A stretch of DNA of 64,000 bases, from the NCBI GenBank assembly GCA_016793355.1, contig JAEUMG010000084.1, forward strand, positions 24,376-88,375, written 5' to 3'. The notes below the pieces were generated by a model that searched no databases, had not been told where the DNA came from, and saw only the letters and a program-made list of their open reading frames with translations. How positions within the stretch are numbered: position 1 is the first letter of the stretch; each line of letters opens with the position of its first letter. This document shows, one piece after another, positions 56,790 through 64,000 of this stretch. Position numbers and translations under genes: made by a program. The DNA is from Hyphomicrobiales bacterium. Its GTDB lineage: Bacteria > Pseudomonadota > Alphaproteobacteria > Rhizobiales > Aestuariivirgaceae.

Positions 56790-57710
56790 ATGGGATTTTC
56801 TCTTTCGCTGAATGCCAATCCCTTGGTGAACCGCTTCGCGGAACCCGAGGATCTGATCTCTGTCCTCGCGGACGAGATCGGCATCGGCCACCTCCAGCTG
56901 GTGCACGAGTTCATCAATCCCGCTTGGGATGCGAAAACCGTCGTCCGCCTTACCGATCGGATGGCAAAGGCATGCGCGTCGAAGCGCGTGAAGGTCACAT
57001 CCCTCATGACCGGTCCCTATGGAAGGCTTAACCACTTCGCGCATCCTGACGCCGAGGTCCGCGCCTATTATGTCGGCTGGTTCAAAGGCATGGCGGATAT
57101 TGCGGGTGACCTCGGGGCGCCGACGCTTGGCACGCAATACGGCATCTTCACATACAAGGATTTCGATGATCCATTACGACGCGGCGAACTCATGCAGATC
57201 GCGCTCGATTGCTGGCGCGAGGTGGCGGTGCATGCGAAGTCGCGCGGGCTCACCTGGCTCTTCTGGGAATCGATGTCGGTTGGCCGCGAGGTCGGCCACA
57301 CCATTAGTTCCGCAAATGAGCTGCAGAGCTGGATCGACGCGGCAGGCCTGCCCGTTCCGCTCAGGCCGCTCATCGACGTCGATCATGGAGACGTTACCTC
57401 GCCCAATCCCAGCGACATCGACCCTTTCGCTTGGGCGAGGGAATTCGCGACGCGCTCGCCCATCATCCACATTAAGCAGTCGAGCATGAACAAGGGCGGT
57501 CACTGGCCCTTCACCGCGCAGTACAACAAGGATGGCCGCATCACGCCGGAGAAGCTGCTTGCGGCAATCCGTGAAGGCGGGGGCTCCGACAACGAACTCT
57601 GCCTGGAACTCGCCTTCCGCGAGCGCGAGCCGACCGACCGCAATGTAGTAGCTGCCCTCCGTGAGTCGGTCGCCTACTGGGCTCCGTTCACCGATACTGG
57701 CTATAGCTAG
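56790..57710 (+). CDS. xylose isomerase-like TIM-barrel sugar phosphate isomerase/epimerase (EryC-like)
   Basis: 306 aa of the AP_endonuc_2/xylose-isomerase-like barrel type; divergent from the SorC regulator. Confidence 0.7.
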   Translation: MGFSLSLNANPLVNRFAEPEDLISVLADEIGIGHLQLVHEFINPAWDAKTVVRLTDRMAKACASKRVKVTSLMTGPYGRLNHFAHPDAEVRAYYVGWFKGMADIAGDLGAPTLGTQYGIFTYKDFDDPLRRGELMQIALDCWREVAVHAKSRGLTWLFWESMSVGREVGHTISSANELQSWIDAAGLPVPLRPLIDVDHGDVTSPNPSDIDPFAWAREFATRSPIIHIKQSSMNKGGHWPFTAQYNKDGRITPEKLLAAIREGGGSDNELCLELAFREREPTDRNVVAALRESVAYWAPFTDTGYS

Positions 57711-58393
57711 CCGCTGAGCAGCCTACCAACCTGGATCTGGAGTTCGGCAAAACTGTCGACTATCACGTCCGGCTTGAGATCGGCGATAGGTACTTTCGCA
57801 TAGCCGTAGCTTACGGCTATGACCGGTAGAGCCGCAGCCTTGGCCATGGTAATATCGACTTCCGAGTCCCCAATCATCAAGGCCGGCTTGCCCTTGCCTT
57901 TGACGGACTCGATCGTGAGCAGTAGATGGCGCGGATCCGGTTTGGAAATCCCGAATGTGTCTGGCCCAGCGACCAGATCGAAATGCTCCGCAAGCTGAAG
58001 ATCGATGAGAATCTGTCGTGAGTATCGTTCCAGCTTGTTGGTACAGACTGCGAGGCGGAAGCCGCGCTCGCGAAACTCGCCCAATACCCTCTCCACTCCA
58101 GGGTAGGCTCTGGTCTTGCGTGACAGGTTGCCCGCGTAGATCTCATGAAAACGCCTAATGATTCGCTCCAGATCCGGGTCCTCAAGTTTGGGTCCAGACC
58201 GGTCCAATCCCCTGGCCACCAGGTTACTGATCCCGTGGCCAATCAGACCGCGCCCGACATCGAGGCCAAGCGGCTGCCTGCCCTGCTCCACAAGAATTAG
58301 GTCAAGCGAATCGGCAAGATCTGGTGCACTGTCGACGAGGGTTCCATCGAGATCGAAGACCAACGTGCCTCGGTGTGATGATTGTGCAGGCAT
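57707..58393 (-). CDS. HAD-family phosphatase (phosphoglycolate phosphatase-like)
   Basis: LVFDLDGTLVDS motif I, CTNK motif II region, GDSEVD motif III/IV. Confidence 0.8.
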   Translation of the reverse strand: MPAQSSHRGTLVFDLDGTLVDSAPDLADSLDLILVEQGRQPLGLDVGRGLIGHGISNLVARGLDRSGPKLEDPDLERIIRRFHEIYAGNLSRKTRAYPGVERVLGEFRERGFRLAVCTNKLERYSRQILIDLQLAEHFDLVAGPDTFGISKPDPRHLLLTIESVKGKGKPALMIGDSEVDITMAKAAALPVIAVSYGYAKVPIADLKPDVIVDSFAELQIQVGRLLSG

Positions 58394-58423
58394 TCAAATC
58401 AGGTTCCGCGGTTCGGGTACTGG

Positions 58424-59680
58424 TCAGCCGGCAGCCCTGACAGTCTCCGAGACTAGCCGTGCCACCAGTGCGGCCGATTCGAGCTGCGGGAGATGTCCAA
58501 CACCGGAGAGCCTGTGAACAGCAATGCAATCGGGCACGGCATCGGCATATTCGGGCGGGATTATTGCATCCTGGCGCCCTACTATGATCCTGCATGGGCC
58601 CTGATATTTATCGAGTGCATCGCGGATGGAAAATAATTGCGTAGATCCGGAGAATACCGCCGCCGCTATGCGCCCGTGAGCCGCGGCGATTCCAATTTCC
58701 TGCCGCGCGACCAGGGTTGCCCTGACCATGGCCTGAGGCAAGTCCGAGCTACGATGAACCAGGATTCGCATCCAAGCTTTCAAGGCAGCCTCAGTTTCGG
58801 CGCTCAGGAAGCCAGCGATGAAATCTCCATTGATCTTGGGGCCCAGCCCGGCCGGCGCGATCAAGGACAGAGACTGCACGCGGAATCCGTCACGAACCGC
58901 CAGCGCGGCAGCGATAGCCGCACCAAGCGAGTGACCGACGAGATGGAGGTTCGTATGGCCAGCCATGATGAGCGCCGCAGCGACAGTCTCGACCAGATCG
59001 TCGAAGTCCTCGACGCCGCTGTCTGGTGAGGCGCCATGGCCGGGCAGGTCGACACCCGTCTTCTGGTTTGCAATGCCTAGATGCTCCACAAACGGGCGCC
59101 AGGCCACAAGTTCGGCACCAAAGCCATGCATGAAGATGACAGGCGTACCAGTGCCGTCGCGTAGGCTGCGGAACGCGAGAGACGTCTGTCCCTTTGCCTT
59201 GTTCGCTGCGCCGGACGATGTCAGGAGCGCTTCAATATCCTTAAGGACGACTGCGCCGTGAGGACCGCTGCCGTTCATCCGGGAAATATCAAGACCGTTG
59301 GAGGAAGCGAGCCGCCGCGCCAGTGGCGATGAACGATGTCGCTCGAACGAACCGAGGCTGGCCTGCCTCTCTGACGGAGCGACGGGGCTGACAGGCGTGC
59401 CACTCCCAGTCGAAGCCGCGCTTTGCGCTCCGGCTATCTCGCCTGCTTCACCAACGAAGAGCAGGGGCTGCAAGACGGTCGCCATGTCGCCGAGCTTATA
59501 GGCGACATGGGTCACTGTTCCGGCCGAGAATGCCTCGACCTCAAAGCTCGCCTTCTCGGATTCGACCTCGGCGACAACGTCGCCCTTCTTGACCTGATCA
59601 CCCACTTTCACGTGGAGCGCAACGACCTTCGCCTCCGTCAGATCCTGACCCACCTGGGGCACGAGTATCGCCTCAGCCAC
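58424..59680 (-). CDS. acoC: AcoC-type E2: lipoyl domain fused to an alpha/beta-hydrolase fold (acetoin dehydrogenase dihydrolipoyl acetyltransferase-like)
   Basis: N-terminal lipoyl motif EVESEKASFEVEA; C-terminal HGFG...GHSLGAA hydrolase-fold domain as in AcoC proteins. Confidence 0.75.
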   Translation of the reverse strand: MAEAILVPQVGQDLTEAKVVALHVKVGDQVKKGDVVAEVESEKASFEVEAFSAGTVTHVAYKLGDMATVLQPLLFVGEAGEIAGAQSAASTGSGTPVSPVAPSERQASLGSFERHRSSPLARRLASSNGLDISRMNGSGPHGAVVLKDIEALLTSSGAANKAKGQTSLAFRSLRDGTGTPVIFMHGFGAELVAWRPFVEHLGIANQKTGVDLPGHGASPDSGVEDFDDLVETVAAALIMAGHTNLHLVGHSLGAAIAAALAVRDGFRVQSLSLIAPAGLGPKINGDFIAGFLSAETEAALKAWMRILVHRSSDLPQAMVRATLVARQEIGIAAAHGRIAAAVFSGSTQLFSIRDALDKYQGPCRIIVGRQDAIIPPEYADAVPDCIAVHRLSGVGHLPQLESAALVARLVSETVRAAG

Positions 59681-59701
59681 TGAAACTCCTCCCCTCGCCC
59701 G

Positions 59702-60922
59702 TCAGGCGGCCCTTAGCTTGGTTGACTCCAAGGCACGCGCAACGAAGTCCACAGTCTTGCGCGTGGCGCCTGCAAATTCCGAGGCTGTCGCGGCGAAGGC
59801 GCCGAAATGGCTGAACTCCTCCGGCCTCATGCCGTCGACCTCATAGGCCTGGCGAAAGTATGGAATGCGCCTGAGCTTGTCGATCACTGCTTTCGGCGGG
59901 TCCTCATGGATTGCGCCAGGATCGAACTCTGGCAACCGGTCTTCGACTTGCATCAACTGCGTGATGTAGCCAGGTGGACAGGTATAGACGAGGTCGCCGC
60001 CGGCAAGTTTCTCGATATGCCAGCTCGAGGCTGGTTTATCCGGCCCTTGATCGACGACGCGCATCGAACATTGCAGCATCTTGCTGGGATGACCCGCCGC
60101 CTTGCCCAAGCGATAGGCGCGCTTGATGACAGCCAGTTCGCCATGGAGGATATCTTCGGGCGAGAGCACAATGTTGCGCGCTTCAGCCTGTGACTTGAGG
60201 TCGCCGATATTGCCCAGCCTTGCCGACATGTGGGTGATGACTGAGCGCCAGCGCGAGAGATCGACATTTGCGGCCTTGGCCCGCTCAAGGCCGCTTGTCA
60301 CCGCGTTCATGCAGGCGACGTACTGCGGCACGGTGAAGGACGTCGTGTTGTTAGTCGGAATGCCTCGTGCAGTCAGCTCCTCTATAACCTCGTAGCCTTC
60401 GCGGGACCCCGGAATCTTCACCATCACATTGCGGCCGATCGCAGCGAGCTGTTCGCCCTGCTGCAGCATGCGCGCTCTGTCATTGACAAAGCGCGGATCG
60501 ACCTGTCCGGAGATAAATCCGAACTTTCCGCCGGATTTCTCGTGGAAGGGCAGGATCATTTCCGCCCCGCGACGAACGATGTCGAGATATAGTGTCCAAT
60601 AGACGGTCTCGACATCGTCGCCGGGCAATATGGCGGCAATCTCCTGAATCCTTCTGATCCAATAACTCGGATTGTTCTGAATCGCCTGAAGCGACAAGGG
60701 TGGATTGGTGGTCACGCCATGGAAGCCCATGTGAGACTCGACCTGCAGCCGATCGGCATCGAAGAGCCGCGTCAGCTGTGCCGTCCAGTCGGCTTTCTTT
60801 TCCTCCGGCGCCCGATCCAGCGTCTCCCGCTTCCACTTCGCGTAGACGAGCGGCGATGAATCCCACCAGATCTCACAGTCAGGATTGGTCGCGGCAAGCT
60901 TCTCGAGCACATGAAGCTTCAT
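59702..60922 (-). CDS. transaldolase family protein (long form)
   Basis: 406 aa; GVTTNP motif and Schiff-base Lys context VMVKIPGS. Confidence 0.75.
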   Translation of the reverse strand: MKLHVLEKLAATNPDCEIWWDSSPLVYAKWKRETLDRAPEEKKADWTAQLTRLFDADRLQVESHMGFHGVTTNPPLSLQAIQNNPSYWIRRIQEIAAILPGDDVETVYWTLYLDIVRRGAEMILPFHEKSGGKFGFISGQVDPRFVNDRARMLQQGEQLAAIGRNVMVKIPGSREGYEVIEELTARGIPTNNTTSFTVPQYVACMNAVTSGLERAKAANVDLSRWRSVITHMSARLGNIGDLKSQAEARNIVLSPEDILHGELAVIKRAYRLGKAAGHPSKMLQCSMRVVDQGPDKPASSWHIEKLAGGDLVYTCPPGYITQLMQVEDRLPEFDPGAIHEDPPKAVIDKLRRIPYFRQAYEVDGMRPEEFSHFGAFAATASEFAGATRKTVDFVARALESTKLRAA

Positions 60923-60928
60923 GGCCGG

Positions 60929-61942
60929 TCACTCCGCCGCCATGGCATAGCTCGGCACATAGAGACTGCGCTTCACGGCGGCGATGATGTCCGATTTTTG
61001 CGGAACGCTCGCCTTCTCCAGTTCAAGATTGAAGGGAATCGGGACATTGAGCCCGGCAACGATTTCGATCGGCGCATCCAATTCGTAGAATGCCTTCTCC
61101 TGGATGATGGATGCAATGTCCGATGCGACGCCGCCGCGGCGAACTGCTTCCTGCACGATGACGACGCGATGCGTCTTGGCGACTGATGTCAGAATCGTCT
61201 CCTCGTCGAGCGGCACCAGCGTGCGCGGATCGACGACTTCAGCCTCGATGCCTTCGGCTGCGAGGGATTCCGCGGCTTCGAGGGAACGGGGAATCATGTT
61301 TGACCATGCAATGATGGTGACATCCTTGCCGGCCCGCTTGATATCAGCCTTTCCGAACTCGACAATGTGCTCGCCGCCGGGCACGGGGCCCTTCGTCATG
61401 TAGAGGTGCTTGTGCTCCAGGAACATGACCGGATCGTCCTGGCGCAAGGCGTATTTCAATAGGCCCTTGGCGTCGGCAGGAACCGAAGGCATCACCACCT
61501 TCAGACCGGGAATGTGATAAAAAAGCGCCTCAAGGCTTTGCGAATGCTGCGCGGCAACGCCGCCGCCGGCGCCGCCCTGGGTGCGCAAGACGAAGGGCAC
61601 GCGACCCTCGCCACCGGTCATCAAACGGAATTTCGCCGCCTGATTGACGATCATGTCCATCCCCAACATGGCGAAATCGACATAGAGGATTTCAACGATC
61701 GGCCGCGCACCGGCGATCGCTGCACCGACGCCGACGCCGATCATCCCGGCTTCTGCAATCGGGGTATCACGGATGCGCTTCGGCCCGTATTTGGCCAGCA
61801 GACCTTCGGTCACCTTGTAGGAGCCGCCACGCTCGGCAATCCCTTCGCCGATTACAAAGACATTCGGGTCGCGCTGCATTTCCTCATCGAGGGCTTCGCG
61901 CAAAGCTTCGCGATACATGATCTCGCGCATTGTCTCGATCAA
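60929..61942 (-). CDS. acoB: TPP-dependent 2-oxoacid/acetoin dehydrogenase E1 beta subunit
   Basis: 337 aa; transketolase pyrimidine-binding and C-terminal domains (IRDTPIAEAG). Confidence 0.85.
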   Translation of the reverse strand: MIETMREIMYREALREALDEEMQRDPNVFVIGEGIAERGGSYKVTEGLLAKYGPKRIRDTPIAEAGMIGVGVGAAIAGARPIVEILYVDFAMLGMDMIVNQAAKFRLMTGGEGRVPFVLRTQGGAGGGVAAQHSQSLEALFYHIPGLKVVMPSVPADAKGLLKYALRQDDPVMFLEHKHLYMTKGPVPGGEHIVEFGKADIKRAGKDVTIIAWSNMIPRSLEAAESLAAEGIEAEVVDPRTLVPLDEETILTSVAKTHRVVIVQEAVRRGGVASDIASIIQEKAFYELDAPIEIVAGLNVPIPFNLELEKASVPQKSDIIAAVKRSLYVPSYAMAAE

Positions 61943-61952
61943 TCCTCCCGCC

Positions 61953-62957
61953 TCAGTATGCCGCTGCGAATTGCCGGAATTCCTCGGCTGTTACTTCGCG
62001 ACTGTTCTTGGCAAACCCGACTGCTTCTTCGAACTCGGCGGCAATTTCCGACTCGATCGCATCGATTTCGGACTTCTCGGCTCCCGAGATCTCGACGAGC
62101 GCATTGCGGGCACGGTCGATCGGATCCCGGGCTTTGTAATAGGCAAGCCGATCCTCGGGCATGTACTTGCCGGGATCGTTCACGTGGTGGCCCATATGCC
62201 TGAAGGTCTTGGCCTCGATGAGAATCGGCCCCTTGCCCGCCCGGCATTTGTCAGCCGCTTCGATGGTGAGATGATAGACCGCAAGCGGATCATTGCCGTC
62301 GATCTGGTGACTTTCGACGCCAATGCTCAAACCGCGCTTGTAGAGGTCGGTTTCGCGGGTCGACTCTTCAATGCGCGTGGAAACAGCGTACTGGTTGTTT
62401 TCAATGACCAGGATGAAGTTGAGATTCCAGATCGCGGCAAGGTTTAGCGATTCAAGGAAGGTTCCGTTGTTGGACGCACCGTCGGTTGTAAATGTCACCG
62501 TTACCGCATCGGAGCCGCGGATCTGGGCAGCGAGCGCCGCTCCGACTCCGAGCGGCGTACCCGCGCCGACGATGCCGTTGGCGCCGAGATTGCCGGCCCG
62601 GATATCCGCAATATGCATGGAGCCGCCATAACCCCGGCAATAGCCAGTCTCTTTCTGAAGAAGCTCGGCAACCATACGTTTAACGTCGGCGCCCCAGGCG
62701 ATACAGTGTCCGTGCCCGCGATGCGTCGAAGCTATGTAATCGCCTTCCTTCAGGGCGGCGCAAACTCCGGTCGCGATGCCCTCCTGCCCCAGATAGGGGT
62801 GGAAATAGCCCCGGATCAGGCCCTGGCGGTAAAGCTTGATCCCTTCCGTTTCAAAGACCCGAATGCGATAGGCTGTGCGGAAAATTTTCTCCAAAAGCTC
62901 GCGCGATGGCGCGTTCTTCTTTGCATGCACAGCTGCCACAAAAGCCTCCCGAGACAC
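61953..62957 (-). CDS. acoA: TPP-dependent 2-oxoacid/acetoin dehydrogenase E1 alpha subunit
   Basis: 334 aa; TPP-binding motif TTDGASNNGTFLESLNLAAIWNL. Confidence 0.85.
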   Translation of the reverse strand: MSREAFVAAVHAKKNAPSRELLEKIFRTAYRIRVFETEGIKLYRQGLIRGYFHPYLGQEGIATGVCAALKEGDYIASTHRGHGHCIAWGADVKRMVAELLQKETGYCRGYGGSMHIADIRAGNLGANGIVGAGTPLGVGAALAAQIRGSDAVTVTFTTDGASNNGTFLESLNLAAIWNLNFILVIENNQYAVSTRIEESTRETDLYKRGLSIGVESHQIDGNDPLAVYHLTIEAADKCRAGKGPILIEAKTFRHMGHHVNDPGKYMPEDRLAYYKARDPIDRARNALVEISGAEKSEIDAIESEIAAEFEEAVGFAKNSREVTAEEFRQFAAAY

Positions 62958-63229
62958 GTCGTTTCTTTGTTAAAAACAGGCGCTTGTCTTGAGGCTTTTC
63001 TATAGTCAAATACCTCGTTCTGTCGAGAAAATTTCTTGCAAGAATGATCAAAAGCTTTCTGGAGTTTATGTGAATGGGATTGGCCAAAATGGCAACAACA
63101 GCCTAAGTCATTGAATTAAAAACGGTATCCCCCTCACCTTTGCACAAAGCCGGGAAACCGACGAGGAAAATTGCCTTCCCACGGCCCAAGCGTTAGATTA
63201 GCTGGAACGGCAGCCATCGCAGTAGCAGC

Positions 63230-64000
63230 ATGACGGACATAAACTCGACCCAGGCGACGCCAAACGGGGACCTGCTGCACCGGATCCAGGAGCGATACGG
63301 TAATCTGCGGAAATCGGAGCGGATCGTTGCCGACTTCCTGCGCGATCACGCTGACAGCCGGTTGAATGCCTCGATTACTGAACTCGGGCAGTTGTTAAGC
63401 GTCAGCGAGGCGACGATCAGCCGTGTCAGCCGCGCTCTCGGCTATGAAGGGTACCCCGACCTAAAGCTGTCGCTTGCCGAGGGCGCACGCCAGCGCACCG
63501 CCTTCGCAAACATACCGATCGAAATCGACCAGAACGATTCTCTTGTCACGACAAGCGGCAATCTCGCCTCCCTCCTCGCCGCCAGCATCCAGGGGACCCA
63601 GCGCAAGCTCGATGCGGCGCGGCTTGAGCGCGCGGTCGATGCGCTTCGCGCCGCCAAGAAGATACTCTTCGTTGGCGTCGGCGGCGCCGCTTCAATCTGC
63701 GATGAAGCCGTGCATCTCTTCATCAAGGCGGGAATCGATGCCGTGGCTTATCGCGACGGCTATACGCAAACCATATGTGCGGCGAATCTGACCCCGGCGG
63801 ATGTTATGGTCGGCGTTTCGCATACCGGCACGACCGATACGGTCGCGGCCGCCCTGCAGATAGCGCGGGGCAATGGCGCTACGACGATCGCCATTACCAG
63901 CGATGCGACATCGCCGGTCGCCAAGGCTGCCGACGTCACACTGGTCACCTGGAATTCCTCGACACCGCCAATCCCGCTCTATGGCGATTTTCTCGAAGGG
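63230..64000 (+). CDS. MurR/RpiR family transcriptional regulator (3' partial, runs off the window)
   Basis: My own translation from ATG 63230: MTDINSTQ...RKSERIVADFLRDH...ITELGQLLSVSEATISRVSRALGYEGYPDLK (HTH_6), then a SIS domain (ILFVGVGGAASICDEA). Absent from the ORF track because there is no stop in the window. Confidence 0.8.
   Translation, partial: MTDINSTQATPNGDLLHRIQERYGNLRKSERIVADFLRDHADSRLNASITELGQLLSVSEATISRVSRALGYEGYPDLKLSLAEGARQRTAFANIPIEIDQNDSLVTTSGNLASLLAASIQGTQRKLDAARLERAVDALRAAKKILFVGVGGAASICDEAVHLFIKAGIDAVAYRDGYTQTICAANLTPADVMVGVSHTGTTDTVAAALQIARGNGATTIAITSDATSPVAKAADVTLVTWNSSTPPIPLYGDFLEG

Noticed and set aside
62958-63229. Sigma-54 (TGGCAC-N5-TTGC) promoter expected upstream of an aco operon
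   Set aside because: I read both strands of this AT-richer intergenic region and found only weak partial matches (for example TGGCCAAAATGGCAAC) and no convincing -24/-12 element. No AcoR-type activator gene is in the window either.
1-64000. CRISPR arrays, rRNA and tRNA genes
   Set aside because: No regularly spaced direct repeats and no cloverleaf-like or rRNA-like conserved stretches were noticed in the intergenic regions. This was a visual scan only, so a short structured RNA could have been missed.

Overview
GC-rich, almost fully coding segment that looks alphaproteobacterial (Rhizobiales-like) and is dominated by solute-uptake and catabolic operons. All family assignments come from motif and pattern recognition on the supplied translations; no database search was run. 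Contents from left to right:
- 0-5 kb: cobT/cobS (cobalamin lower-ligand attachment), several small housekeeping genes, and dusA.
- 5-17 kb: a minus-strand block with two lactonase-type enzymes, a DUF1537 acid-sugar kinase, a class II aldolase, a LuxR regulator, and a Dpp/Opp-type ABC importer led by a class III aminotransferase.
- 17.7-28.1 kb: a long minus-strand operon joining a ribose-type (CUT2) ABC importer to two strictosidine-synthase-like beta-propellers (one fused to a permease), an acyl-CoA synthetase::crotonase fusion, an SDR and a decayed thiolase. An AraC regulator is divergent from it.
- 29.3-35.3 kb: a mosaic accessory patch. It holds an IS3 relic, the intact second copy of the thiolase, an HprK-related kinase / NTP_transf_5 nucleotidyltransferase pair, two tandem Lin0512-family genes, and a conserved hypothetical gene preceded by a GAAC-N7-GAAC (alphaproteobacterial LexA-type) box.
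- 36-57 kb: two CUT1 sugar/polyol ABC loci with FGGY kinases, a GlpD/EryB-like dehydrogenase, an ADP-dependent-kinase-family gene, and DeoR/SorC regulators.
- 58-64 kb: an acetoin-dehydrogenase-like E1alpha/E1beta/AcoC operon interrupted by a transaldolase-family gene, then a partial RpiR regulator.
No rRNA, tRNA or CRISPR array was recognised. Most long ORFs antisense to the called genes are GC-driven shadow ORFs.
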